A stretch of DNA of 64,000 nt, from assembly GCF_009914755.1 (NCBI RefSeq), contig NC_060929.1, one strand, 5' to 3'. Under the pieces are notes generated by a model. It saw only the letters and a list, made by a program, of their open reading frames with translations, was not told the origin of the DNA and made no database searches. This document shows positions 39,507 to 53,903 of this stretch, one piece after another. Origin of the DNA: the human T2T-CHM13v2.0 reference genome, Homo sapiens. The translations under genes were made by a program, and so were the position numbers. Every line of letters starts with the position of its first letter. Positions within the stretch are counted from its first letter, which is position 1.

Positions 39507-40705
39507 ATGTGATAATCACAGTGCTGGCCAAGAGGAATCACAGGAGTTAATTCTCAAATCTGTTTCCCTGGTCATTCAGAGGCTGTGGTTTTCATGGATA
39601 ATTTGGCAGGCAGGGTGTAAGAGTTAAAGAAAGAGGAAAGAAACATGAAAAGTTGCTCAACAGTCAAAGACAGGTTTATTTTGGAGAATAAACCTGAGAG
39701 GGGCTTCTGGCCAATTTCAGTCAGGAGCACTCTCTCTTACAGACTAAGGGCATTTACTGGTTTTAGGATGAGAGAGCTTATCACAAGCTTGGAATGTTTC
39801 TGTGTGGGGGAGAAGTTTACGGTGGGGTTGGAATGCCTCTGGTCCTGGGGAGGTTATGTTGGGGTTGACATATTTCTGGCTGGAAGGGAGGTTATCCCAG
39901 GTCTAGCATGTCTCTGGTTGGGGAAGGATTTATCTTATGGTTGGAATGTTTCTGGTCAGAGGTGTCATTTGTGGTTTATGGTCATGTTGACCTTAGCCAT
40001 TAGGCTGATACCCTTTGACTTTAGGCAGTTTTTGATCAAGGTGAACTTTGAAATGGTGGTACTTGTCCAAGATGGTGATGTTCCTGCTCTGTGATGGGAC
40101 ACCTGGGAATGGGTGCTGCTGATTGGTTGGGGGGTGAAATCATAAGAGTGTAAAAAATGGTCCTCATGAACCTGGGTGGGGACCACAGGACCAGTTGAGT
40201 CATGAGTCACAGTTCCAGGTAGAGTCAGTTGACAAAATGGAAATGTCTGAAAAAGTATCTGAAAAGACCAATCATAGGTTCTACAATAGTGATATTTTAG
40301 CTATAGGAGCAATTCGGGAAGTCACAGATCTTGTGATCTCTGGCCACATGACTCCTGAGCAATTAAGGGATTATAGAAGAATAAACTAGGAAACAATGGC
40401 TGGTTGTCATTTAACTATGCATACATTTTAGCAGAATTCAGGCCCCTCTCATAATCCTGATCTTGACGGCTTTCATTAGTCTTATGAAAGCCGTTTCAGT
40501 CCCCAAGCAAAGAAAGGGTCAGTTTTATGGAGGGATTATTATGATCCTTGCTTCAAAGTTAAACTATAAACTAATTTCCCCCCACGGTTTGCTTGGCCTA
40601 CTCCCAGGAATGAGCTAGGACAGCCAATCTATGAAGGTAGAGGCAAGATGCAGCCAGCCATGCTAAACTTCTCTAATTGTCGTAATTTTTGTAAAGGTGG
40701 TTTTA
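39401..40705 (-). mobile_element. LTR8-family solo LTR split by a nested LTR
   Basis: TATAATCACCCAATGGATTCATCTTGCC left end and TGTAAAGGTGGTTTTA right end match antisense LTR8 termini. Confidence 0.78.
39616..40094 (-). mobile_element. LTR9-like solo LTR nested in LTR8
   Basis: Reverse complement starts TCACAGAGCAGGAACATCACCATCTTGGACAAG and ends TTTAACTCTTACA; near-TSD AGGG/TGGG. Confidence 0.78.
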
Positions 40706-40846
40706 TATCCACCCATGGGAAGTTCCTCGAGAATCAAAAAGGGAGTAAAGAAAGAAAAAAAACACCCTTGTGATCCAGTCTCCAACACTGCTGTAAAGTA
40801 ATTGTGGAAAAAAAAAAAGAGAAAACAAATCACCAGTTATATATGA

Positions 40847-41166
<320 letters not shown>

Positions 41167-41530
41167 ATATTGTTTTCCTTTTATCCAGCTGAAAAATACA
41201 TTGCCATGCCCTTTATCTGAGTTCATATTCTGCAAAATATTTATTTTTAAATTTTTCTCTAGCTACATTTTCTCCCTGGAATGTAAATAGTCCTATTAAG
41301 AATAGTGACTGATACATACTGATGATTTTAAAATGCATATCTCTGGTCATGATCTCTCTTTTGACATCCAAATTTAGAAATGTAATTGTTTACTTGGCAT
41401 TTCCCATTGGAATATATAACAGATAAATCAAACTGAACATGATCAAAATAGAACTTTGAATTCTCCTGTCCCTTCCTCAATCTATTTATCTTCCACTTTT
41501 CTACATCTGAGATACTATAATCCTCTAAAT

Positions 41531-42430
41531 TGTTAAGGGATCTTGGAGGCCAAGACTCTTGGCCCTCTACAGATTCATGGAAAATCACCAACATGAGGCA
41601 GATTGATTAACAGAAAAAAAGACCTGCAATTTTTTTTTTTTTAATGTGTATACACAGGGGCCTTCAGAATGAAGACAAACTTCCCAATAAGGTACAGAAG
41701 CTTATATGCCATCTTCAGGCTACAGAGAAAAATGGGGACTTGGATCTTGGTAAAACAGGTTATGGGAAATGGAAAAAGAAGAATTCTAGTGAGGGGCAAT
41801 AAATAAATGATGAATAGAAAATATGATTAGATCTGGGAACAGTCATTTTCTCTCTTTTTCTTTTTCTTTTCTTTATTTTCTTTTTGTTTTTCTTTTTTGT
41901 TTTTTAGACTCCAGTTCAGGCTGGAGTGCAGAGTGCAGTGATGTGATCTCACCTTACTGCTGCATCCTTAACCTCCTGGCTTGAGCAATCCTCTGACCTC
42001 CATCTCCCACACAGTTGCGACTATAGGCACGCGCCACCACACTCAGCTAATTTTTATGTATTTTTTGTAGAGATGGGGTATCACTATGTTGCCCAGGCTG
42101 GTCTTGAATTCCTGGAATCAAGTGTTCCTCCTGCCTCAGCCTCTCAAAGTGCTAGGATTACAGGCAGGAGCTACTGTACCTGGTCTCAGTAATTTTCTTG
42201 ACAAAGGGTCAGTTCAGGTGTGGTTTACATTTTTGGTCTTCTTTTTTGCAACAGACCATGGGATAGCAAGGAGGGGCACAAGAACAGTTTTCTCCTTGGT
42301 GGGTCAGTCCCATCATTATGTAGACAGGGGAAAAAAGTCTCTTTCAGCATTTGATGATCTCTAAGTGTTTTTTTTTAAATACTCATACACCAGAGAGCCA
42401 TATTTTGTAGTGAAACATTGATTTCCTTCA
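41531..42430 (-). mobile_element. MER34-family LTR interrupted by Alu
   Basis: Reverse complement starts TGAAGGAAATCAATGTTTCACTACAAAATATG, MER34-like. Confidence 0.65.
41851..42185 (-). mobile_element. Alu, AluJ-like
   Basis: T-rich tail, CACTATGTTGCCCAGGCTGGTCTTGAATTCCTGG; TSD-like CAGTCATTTTCT/CAGTAATTTTCT. Confidence 0.9.
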
Positions 42431-45400
42431 GGATACGGTAAGAGTCATCTCTCTGCATCCAAGCCATTCGCACATCTCACTCTACCAACAGAAACGTATG
42501 TCAAATCCAATCACTTCTCTGTCTCTCCTGTCATTGCCACAGTCCCTGCTACCATCATTTTTAATCAGGATTAATGCAATAGCCTCTTAACTGCTCTCTC
42601 TGCATCCATTCTTGTTACTTATTGTCAATTCTCCACAGATTAACAACAACAAAAGTAATGATAATCATAATAATAAATTTAAAGTGCAATCCACTGGCTT
42701 TTCTTAGTGGAATAAATTTTAAACTCTTTATGACTTTGTTATGGTTTATGCCTAGTTATCTCTGAAGATGTCTTCTACACTATACTAACCTCTTCCCCAC
42801 CCAAGTATTTCTTTCTCCTTTTAGGAAGGAAGGAGAGAAGAAAGGAAGAAAGAAGGAGGAGAAGGGTATGGAGAAGAAGAAGAAAGAAGAAAAGAAAAAC
42901 AACTTTGTTTCTGTCTGGGCCTGCATACCTTACTTTGCCCTGGCTGGCTTTTCTAGTCAAGAAAATTTTTCTTTAAATGCCAACATGTCAGGGAATTCTG
43001 CCTTGTGTTTACCCTATCTGAAGTATTTCCTGTCCCTTGCCTGACCTAGTAAGTCTCTATTATCCCACAGTGTCTTTTAGCTTCATAGCAATAATCTTTT
43101 TCTCTAAACTCACCTTTTAAAAATTGTATTTGTTTATTTATTTATGTGTTTGCCACTAGAATGTAAGTTCTATGACAAGAGACTTTATTTATTTATTTTT
43201 TTGCATTTCCCAAAAAATGTATCCCTAGCAATTACAACAGAGTTACATTATGGACTGACAAAAAAAAAAAAAAAAAAAGCCGAACACTAGAATGAATGAA
43301 TAAATGAATGAATGAATGCTGTCACATGGGCAAATTTTACCTAAGTGTCATTTATATATCTTAATCTCCTTAGTGATGGCAGCATCAAATTTTTAAAATT
43401 ATTTCCCTTATTAATAAATACATGCAAGAAAACCATCAAAGACAATTTCTAATTAAATATTACTGTTGTAAAATGGGAATGATTTAGTTGGTATTACCAT
43501 TTGAGATTTCCTGATACTTGAGTTATTTTTCTTAAGAGAAATCAGAACTGTACAGTTATTTTTAAAGCTTCAAAATTAGAAAGAGCAATATGATCTATGC
43601 CAGACATTCTGCATGAAATACCATTGCAAATTCATGCCTGATTTAGTAAGTGAAGAATGCCATTTTCTTCAGCATCCCTATGATTTGTGGAGCATGGAAC
43701 AATAACAAAAATAGCTTTGGAGAGGAACACAAAGGAATTTTATCTTTATCATAAGTTTGATAGAAATATTTAAGTCCCAGACATGTGGTAATGTTTAGGG
43801 GCAAAAAAACTCATTTAAGGTTTTATGATTTCCATAAGTAGAAATGCTTGGAATATTTTTAGGGAAAACGAATTTCTGCTAATCTATCAGAGTTTTAAGC
43901 TCTGGTAACTAAGATTGGTTTCTTTTGCATTACTTGAAATACATTTTCTGAAAATTATTAGTATTTTGATAATTCCTTTTGATGCTATTAGTAAAGGGAG
44001 CAGCACAAAAATGACAACTAGTACTTGTCAAGACAACTGAAACAGAGAAACTCCATTCAAGATATTTGTGAAATATGTCTATGTTATTTTTAAGAATAGA
44101 AATGACAAGCTCCTTAAGACCACATTTACATAATTATTTGCTAAAATCAATTTTAATAATTAAAACTAAAAATTGAAAAAGTGATGGATGTACACCAATT
44201 GTAAACAACCTAAAAATCCCCTCAGCCACGCTGCAGTCAATTAAACCATTGTGCATAAATGCAGTAAGAAAGACTCTTTCCAATGCTTCTTTCTCAGACT
44301 ATTCATGAGCGTAATAGACCGTGCTATTTCAATGCAAAATGCAGTCAGTTCTTTATTATCCTCACTAATGGTGCAGATAATCCAAAGTGTTAGATAATCC
44401 TCAAACCATTTATTGTGGCATAGAAATAGACATTTTAAGGTTAAAAAATCCTTCTTAAAATTGGGGTTGATTTATCCACTGAGTGTAGAGAAAACTGAGA
44501 CCTTTCTGTCCTTGCAGCCAGGAGACAGAAATTAAGATTCTTCTAGCTCTTCATTCATATTACAAATTTTAGTCTATATTTTCATTCAGTGAGACACTAT
44601 TTTGCAACACTTTCATGGCTTTATTTTTTTTTTTAATTTTGCTTAAACAAGTTTTCAAATAAGAGGCAGGTGTACATTTGCATAAAAAGTAATGGATTCG
44701 AATTTCTTTTATACCTATTGTCTTACACTTTCATTAAATAACACGCAAACTTTTGAGTTGTGGTTTGAGAAACAGTGTTGCACTTATCCACTCATTACTA
44801 CTCTTCCATGTTATTCTTCCCTGCTTTTTAGGGCATTTACCCTTTAGCTAATTGTCACCCAATAAATGTACATTACTTTATTTAAACATTGATCATAAAG
44901 AATATGTCTTTATTGTAAGAATCCCTAGATTACAGAGCCATGAAGTTTGAGGGTGCACTATAAATTCTTTCATGATACAAGTCGACTGAGTAAATGGGGA
45001 ACCAAATAGATCAAATAACTTGCTGAAGGTCAAAAAGGGAGCAGAACTGATAGCTTAAAGTTGTGTGTGTGTGTATGTGTGTGTGTTTTCCTTTCTGAAT
45101 ATGCTATCTTATTCTTAACAAATACTAACATGTTCTACATAATGCTAGATAATTCCATAGAATTTTCTACTTGAGTTTAAATTCAATTATAGCGTCCTCC
45201 TTCTCTTGTGTGTTCTCTCTTTCCAAGAATAGTACATTCTGGCTAAAAGTTTGCTTGGCATTTTTTAATAATAGTTTTGTTTCCTGAACAGAAACTCACA
45301 GACTGCAGGAAAAGATAGATCAGAAGTGTACTGTGTAGCTGAGGCATATCATCTGGGAACTTCAAATTAATTATGGGTAATAACAGTAAAAAAAAAATCA

Positions 45401-45948
45401 GTCATTGACTGGAGATCATTTATTTCTCCTTTTCCTTTCTTGTAACCACAGAGAAATACATATTGAAAATTACATTTTCTATTCAATTATACCTAAAAGT
45501 GTTATGCCTAGTTGAGTGCTTAGTCTATACTCAGAGAGAACAATTAGAAACTTGTGTCTACAATTACTTAATTTAATATTTCATTGCATGCCAGTGCTTT
45601 AAAAAGGGAGTTCCATCTCAGGCATTGTTAAAATGAAGCTTAGCATAATTAAAAGACAGGATGCCCCTGAAAAGTTACACTGATGTTTAAAAAAATTGTT
45701 AATATCAACTAATGATGACATTAATTTAGTAAAAATATGCACAAGAAAAATCTTTTACTACAAACTAACAATTATATTAATGCTTAATATTAACACTCAA
45801 ACACAAATAAAGTGATATACCTACTTTTAAAATTGAAAAGAAACCATACTTTAAATACTCACTGAACAAATTTTTAAAAATTGGCTACTACCCTCATCAC
45901 ACTAACAAATACATTTTTCTCTTGTTCTCCCTTTATAAAAATTTTCCC

Positions 45949-46238
45949 AGCTGGGCATGGTGGCTCACGCTTATAATCCCAGTACTTCGGGAGGCCGAGG
46001 CAGGTCAGGAGTTCAAGAACATCCTGGCCAAGATGGTGAAACCTCATCTCTACTAAAAATACAAAAATTAGCCTGGCATGGTGGCATGTGCCTGTAGTCC
46101 CAGCTACTTGAGAGGCTGAGGCAGAGAATTGCTTGAACCTGGGAGGCAGAGGGTGCAGTGAGCTGAGATTGCCCCACTGCATTCCAGCCTGGGCAACAGA
46201 GCGAGACTCCATCTCAAAAAAAAAAAAAAAAAAAAAAA
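45949..46238 (+). mobile_element. Alu, AluS-like, with small left-arm deletion
   Basis: Dimer with A tail; TSD-like AAAAATTTTCCC/AAAAATTTCCC. Confidence 0.95.
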
Positions 46239-46499
46239 TTTCCCGTCATCTAAATACGATAGGAAAATGGAAATATATCCCTTCAAAATACTCCCTGCCT
46301 CCACCTCATGGTCAAATACTTGATAGTATTCATTTGTAGATAATGTTAAGTTGAACTACGTGAAATCCCCAATATTTGAAATTTTTTTGCCCAAAGAAGC
46401 TTGAGAGCCTAGTCTATGTGAGGGTATGTTAGAGGTTCTTTTAGCATTTAAAACTAGAAAGCAAGATTATCACTTTTTAAGGTTGAAAATTATCAATAA

Positions 46500-46680
46500 T
46501 TGTGGATAGCATTGAGTATATCATATTTCAGACATTTTTGACATAAATTATCTCACTTCATTTCCACCCTTATCCTAAGATTATTATTGACCCTATTTTA
46601 ACTGATAAAAGAGCTAATTTTTCAGATTTTAAGTAACTTGACCTAGATTACAAATCCGTGAAATGTCCAAGATGTCATGC
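46500..46680 (-). mobile_element. MIR remnant
   Basis: ATTATTGACCCTATTTTAACTGAT...TTAAGTAACTTGACCTAGATTACA. Confidence 0.6.
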
Positions 46681-47906
46681 TCCTCTTCTGTTGTGATATA
46701 GATCACTTTTCTATATTTCTCCTGAAAATAAAAGCCATATGTTCATAGTGATGACACTGTGCTTCATTATATAAATTAACGAAGAAAAGACATCCTCTCT
46801 AGAACATGAAAGTCACCAACACTTTCCCTCTATTATCCAAAAAGACAGAACTTTTGCCTGGGGAGCCATTCATTGTCATACAAGTGCTTCTTCCCTTTCA
46901 TTCAAGGTGCAGGAAGAAAATGGTTGGAATTAGTAAGTACTGAAAAGTAGGATGTTGGTAAAACCAAAAAAAAAAAAAGACTGATAAAAGCGCATTTCAT
47001 TATTCTCTAGAGAGAGTTGACGCATCTTTGGAAGGGACGAATGGCAGAGATTGTCAGAAATGAGGAGAGGAGAGTTGCTCAAAGGCGAGAATCCGAAAAA
47101 AAAAAAAAAAATAGAGAAAGGACATTGGAGGTGAGACGGCATTCTTAATGCACAACTTCCTATGTTTTGAAAGCATTTATACTGAACACTAATGTAATTA
47201 ACTCTACTTGATGCCAATTTAATAGGCAGTTGACTGCATTTGTATTGTACAGTTCTTGGAAGTAAAGAGATCTACTACTAGATACTGTTTAGTTGAAGGA
47301 TGAGTAGGAACAATTCCTTAGATTTCACCCACTGAGAGAGTAGGTAGAGCAAAATGAAACTATGTAGAAAGGAGTGTTTATATCAGGTTAATTGTTTCTG
47401 GCTATTCTAGCTTCTTTTGTACCCATCTCATTATATTTTAGGGAACCCTCTACTTTTTTCTTTTTCTAGATCCTAAGGAAACATATGCTGGGCATTGAAC
47501 GTTCCTCATTTATCATTATTTTGTCTGATCTTTAAAAAGTGACAAAACATGGTAGGTGTTCAAAAAATAGGTGTTGAATGAGTCATTGACTGATATTAAT
47601 GTTTTCTAAAGATTTAGGAAAGCAGCATCAGGTAATCTAGTTTCTGAAAAAAAGGAAGTATTCAGCTCTTGTGAAAAATAATCAAATGCGTTAGTTTTCC
47701 TTGTAAGTGAGTACAATAAAATTATTTGCTGTTGGAGCAGGGAATCATGCCTGGTCTCTTCTGAAGCTTCCATAACATGAAGGCTATCAATGGATATAGA
47801 TTGAGTAAAATAAAAATTGGTAAAATAAATAAATGAGTTAACAAATCATGTAAACTGTATCAATAAAATCAAGGAAATATATTATTTTTCTCTGAATGTC
47901 TAAAAA

Positions 47907-48166
47907 TTATCCCACTAAGGCTAATATATTGTGGAGCTGGCAATCCACTTTACTGAATGATTCTTAGGGTACTGAATGAAGGCAGCAATTATTACAAGGT
48001 AAACTTAAGGGTAGAGCTTAAAAATGCAAATCTGTATTTATCCCACTAAGGCTAATATATTGTGGAGCTGGCAATCTGCTTTACTGAATGATTCTTAGGG
48101 TACTGAATGAAAGCAGCAAGTATTACAAGGCAAACTTAGGGTAGAGCTTAAAAATGCAAATCTGTA
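47907..48166. repeat. Tandem duplication of 131 bp of unique DNA
   Basis: TTATCCCACTAAGGCTAATATATTGTGGAGCTGGC... at 47907 and 48038; 5 substitutions and 1 indel by eye. Confidence 0.97.
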
Positions 48167-50075
48167 AAAAGACTAAGATTTATAGTTGGGATAATAATTT
48201 ATACTGGCATCTTTGAGCTTTGATTAAGTATACAAAAACGAGGAAAAAAAGGAGGAAAAAAACGAGGAAAAAATGGCTAATCTAAGCAAAATGAATTTTC
48301 TGCTGGATGTGTAAGCAAAAATACAGATGAGTTTTTACGAAAGGACATCAATAAATTTTGAGTTGGATCAGCAGCAGTTGAACGTACTTAAAAACTTGTG
48401 TATATATTCATCACACGTGCAGCCTCCAAGTTTACATGTAACTGGTAGTACAGTTATAATTCAAATCAGCAAAAGCCATGAAATCTAAATGCAAAGATAA
48501 ACCATAATTTACACCATTGAGTTTTCACGTCCCTTTCCTGGCTCCATCTGAAATTCCCCTTGAGAATCTTAAGTCAGAGCTCTGTCTGGAAGAAGTAATC
48601 CTGAGGATATCTAAAATCCTTTGTTACCACTTAGGCAAAGGAGATTCCACAAGATCTGAGAAGTGTGGAGTAATTCTTCCTAGCATCATAATGTTCAGAG
48701 CTGTATACTCAGAGGAGAAAAAAATTCAACCGTATCATATAACTACAGTGTATTTAGCCAAAATGGAAGCTATTTTTGGCATGGCTTGCTCACTGTAGAT
48801 GTTATTTCCTTTAGCAATATATTGAGCAATGCATTTGTGATTATTATAAATAAATAAAACTCTATGTACAACAACCACAGTAAAATCATTTGAAAAAACT
48901 GCTAACCTATTTTTTAGGATAGAAATCTTTATGAATTTCTTCAATAAAATATCATTATTCCAGTAAGACAAGGGCTTAAGAAATTATAGATGCCTTCCCC
49001 CCTAACTTAATCATATTAGCAATCTAAGTAAAACCTTCTAAATGCTTTCTGAAGTTATTGATTCCCCTTGTAGAAATCTATCTGAACTATATCATAGAGT
49101 CATTAGCAGGTAATGCTATGCTGTACAAATTATATACTGACAGAATTTACTGGTGAGGTAAGAGAATCAGGACACATTAGCCATTTGCTCAACTAATTGT
49201 TGCTACTGTGTGCATTTTACTGCGTGCAATCTCTGCAAAACAGTTTTTAATGAGGCATTAGTCTTTTTCTTATATTATTCCCTTAATTCCCTTCTATATT
49301 CTTTAAAATCCTAATCAGCAAAATCACTCACAATACCCACTTCTAAAAGTGAAACAGTTAGCTGCAATGTGGTATCAATGGACTTAGCATTGTACCTTTA
49401 ATATGTGTACACTGTACATCTCAAAGGGAGTCAACTTCACATATTTGTTCATTAAACAATAGTAATGATCTTAATAAGGTACTATGCATATTTGATGAGT
49501 TTTAATGTAAAGCATATTTCCTAATATACAAAATATAGCAAAAGTAATCTTTCAATTCGAGTAATTTTCTTCCCTAGAATTTATTAAGAGCAGAAACTTC
49601 CAAATGAATAGAAATGAATTATATATAAATGATTTTTTTTCTGGAAAATCCCACGCAACCAAAAGAGTTAATATTGCATAAAAAATAGATAGGCAAATTA
49701 ACTGTGGTACAAGCATTAAAAGTATATAAATGCTGGCCAAAAAAGCTAAACAGCCCATGGAAAAGGACAACTGTAATTCAACAAATTTAAATTCTAGGCC
49801 TAAGGGTAACAAAAATATAGACCCTAATAAGATGGTTCCAACTCAAGTTTTCAGAGGAATAACTATTTCTGTGGAATGACTACAAATAGTTTCTAATGCT
49901 ATTATCAACAAAATAATAAAAGCCTGGAGGCAAGATAAAACGCACATCAACACTTTATATTTTAAATAACACAACATGCTTAACAATCTTAGCCATTATG
50001 CTCTCATTTTGACAACATTCAAACTCCAATGTGGTTTAAAATATTCCAGTGGGAAAAATTTGTATAAATTTTTAA

Positions 50076-50414
<339 letters not shown>

Positions 50415-50569
50415 TATACACTGAAATTTTAAATGAAGTCAAGCTAAATATTTATAAACTCAAATACTGTGAGTGTGTGTGTATGTATGCATGTTCATTA
50501 GAATAAAAGCTGAATATAATTGTATTCTGTAAAAATTGATCCCCAAATTAGCAAACAATGACTGAATTC

Positions 50570-51190
50570 TAAATCTCTAGCTAAAGTCTGCATCTCTTTT
50601 TCTGAACTTTAGAATTTCATGTTCTTCATCAAGATACATCACACTTTAACATGTAAATGACCTCCAGCTGAACTCATTTTTTCTACTCCACTCTCTCCCT
50701 GGCCCCCACACAATTTTCCAAACAGGTGTTAGAATGGATGGTAATTTATAAATTTAGTTATGCAACACTTTTGCCACAACTTGTGGAATAAAACCTACAC
50801 TCCCTACCTTATTCTACAAGGCTACATTGGATTTGTTCATGGATGTTATTGAGTCTCATTTCTCATACCTTTTTCATAAACTATTTTATGCCTCAGTCTC
50901 TTTGCAGGTTCTCCTCCTCCTTGCCCAGGATGCTAGCCTCTATTCTGATATTCCAATGATAAACACTTGCGCATTTTCAAGGTACATGAACGTCACATTT
51001 CTAAGTATCCTGCCTGATACTCCACTCTCAGGTAGAGTATTGTTTCTTACATTATACCGATTTAAACATTTATATATTTAACTCCCATATTAGCCTATCA
51101 GCTACTTGATATGGGAGATATTATCTAGCTCATTATTGTATCATTATCTGTTACAGTTCCAGGTGTATGATAGCTATGCCACAGATATTT
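50570..51190 (+). mobile_element. L2 fragments
   Basis: Degenerate L2 3' motifs (TCTCTAGCTAAAG, GCCTCAGTCTCTTTGCAG, CAGTTCCAGGTGTATGATAG). Confidence 0.5.
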
Positions 51191-52123
51191 CATAAAGGGT
51201 ACTTACTTGGTATTTTGTAATCTCTTTAACATACACTCTTCACTAAGGCTTACAGAACAAGTCTAGAATTCTTTTTGCAGGGGAGGTCATAGTAGCTAAT
51301 TCTTCTAGTTGATCATCTTCTGTTTTCTAATTGTTTTACATATTGATAAACCTAATATAATTAACACATTACATTTTCTGGCTGCAGAAATAGATTCAGG
51401 AATGGACCTTGACCTAATGCAGGTCAAGAAGCATATGAAGATTTTGGGAGGTTCCCCTGCACTTATGAAAGAACTTCAGAATTATGCTTTCATCTGGACA
51501 ATTTCATATAGGGATGCTTTAAACTTACCTATTCCATTATATCTAGGACGTCTTTGACTGAAGCTTCTATATTTACGTTTGGCTTATCACTTACACTAAT
51601 TTCAACCAAAGTCAGCTAGAGATACAGCTGGTTGAGCCCATAATATTAATAACAATTTCAAAAACCTAGGTCTTGTTTAACATTCATAATCAATGTAAAG
51701 TTTTATCCTCAGTTATCTACTTGTTTTTTACCGCATCCTTTTCCAAATCCATCCCTTGATCTTCCCATGAAGAAATTTTCTACTCCATCTTAATTGCCCT
51801 ATACTTTATTTTCCTATAGCTGTTTTCATTATCACATGGAAGAGTTCCATTTCCAAGTTAAGTGACAGTAATGAAAAGACTTGTCTCAATTGGATTTCCT
51901 CTATTGCAATTAGTCAAATTCTGAGTATTTCACAACAATGTTATAAAATGTCAAAAGAATGTAAACTCTTTGTACTGTCTTTCTTCCTACTTTGTCTGCT
52001 ACTCCACAAGGTGTTTTAGGCTTTACAAAATTTCTCAGAATGAACTTTTACATCTTTCAATTAAATTAAATAACCTTTTAATTTTTCTCTACCTATGTCT
52101 GCACTAATGTAACCTTTCATTAA

Positions 52124-52508
<385 letters not shown>

Positions 52509-52704
52509 AAAGTTAACATCCAGAAGAGAAGAGAAAAAATAAGAAGTTGTAGAAATGGAGTTGGAAATCTGATGGAATTTTGCCTGATCACTATCTTTGT
52601 TCTGAAATTTCTCTCTAATGAGAGTCAGTAAAACCAATCTGTATTTTAAGCTACCTTGAGTTTGTTTTCTTCTGCAGTAAAAATAGTTCAAATGATCACA
52701 AGAT

Positions 52705-53002
52705 TTTATATATATATATGTACACATATATCTGTATCTATATATCTATATATGATAGAATGTGAATCGGGAGACATATTATATTACCAATAAGACATAT
52801 ATAAATCAGGGGATATATGTCTATATTTCTTATTAGTAATAATTATAATATATTATAGTAATGTAATTATACTATTATATAATATATAACATATTTTATA
52901 TGTTATATAACATAATATATATTATAATTACTATAATACATTATAATATAAATATAAAATATATATAACTATAATTACAAATATAAACATATTTAATTTA
53001 TA
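52705..53002. repeat. AT-rich low-complexity tract
   Basis: Degenerate (TA)/(TAA) repeats. Confidence 0.85.
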
Positions 53003-53740
53003 GACTTCATTTCCAAATATGACACCAAGTAGAAAGAAGTATTCCATGGGCCTTCACACAGCAACTCTTCTGTGGGCGTTCAACTCCATAGAGTGTCCTT
53101 GAGTGACAGAGACTCACTCAGGGGCTGGATGGAGGACACAGTCATACTCAGGTGTCCATAGTGACATCAAGATATAAAGGGAGAACTAGGTTGGCCAGAG
53201 TGGCATCAGTCCCCAACCAAGCCTGGAGAGAGACCTAACAATGAAATGCACGATCTCAATCTCAATGCCAAATTTACCCACTAACATGAAAGTTAAATAC
53301 TTTAATAGTGTAAAAAATAATAGTGTGAATGCCATTAGAATGAATAGTGACTAGTTGGGCAAGGAAACTTGTCATGACTAATGACTAAAGAGCAGCCACA
53401 GTAACAAGAGGACACTCACAGATATGAAAACCAAAACATTTGGACCAAAAAAAGTTGTTTTATTTAAATGTTTCATTTAAGCATTTTGAGTATGGAGCAA
53501 TATTACTAAATTAGACTCACTCTTAGCTTTCTCCATCTTCCAACCTCATCAGGAGGCAATGGATTTGTGAACTGAGAAGGGAGATTGGCATGCTCCATTA
53601 CCCACTTAAATATCAACTAGGGGAAGAGCAGGTAATGTGGAAGAGATTTGAAAGTCTGGAAATATTTTCAAAAGGGAGTCGGTAACTTTAACTGATTGTC
53701 CACTTATGCTTTTGGATCAAACTTATTCTCCTCTGGCATC

Positions 53741-53903
53741 TGCTCTGTGTTGGAGCTGATTGTATACATCTCTTTCTAATTCCCTGTTCAGTCAAGTCAC
53801 ATAGATCGTTTGAAATCAGTCACGGTGGGAATATCTCTACCACAGAAATCTGTAGCCCATCAGATGTTTTTCTTTCTAGAGATCATTTTACCACTGTGCC
53901 AGT
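53741..53903 (+). mobile_element. MER63A-like hAT element
   Basis: GAGCTGATTGTATACATCTCTT...TTTGAAATCAGTCACGGTGGGAATAT...ACCACAGAAATC. Confidence 0.75.

Larger units (their letters stand above)
41335..43318 (+). mobile_element. L2a 3' region interrupted by an LTR and Alu
   Basis: TCAAACTGAACATGATCAAAATAGAAC, TGCAATAGCCTCTTAACTG, CCACTAGAATGTAAGTTC and terminal (GAAT)n at 43290-43318. Confidence 0.75.

Noticed and set aside
39645-40094. Longest ORF in the track (149 aa)
   Set aside because: Lies wholly within an LTR9-like LTR on its antisense strand; no recognisable protein features.
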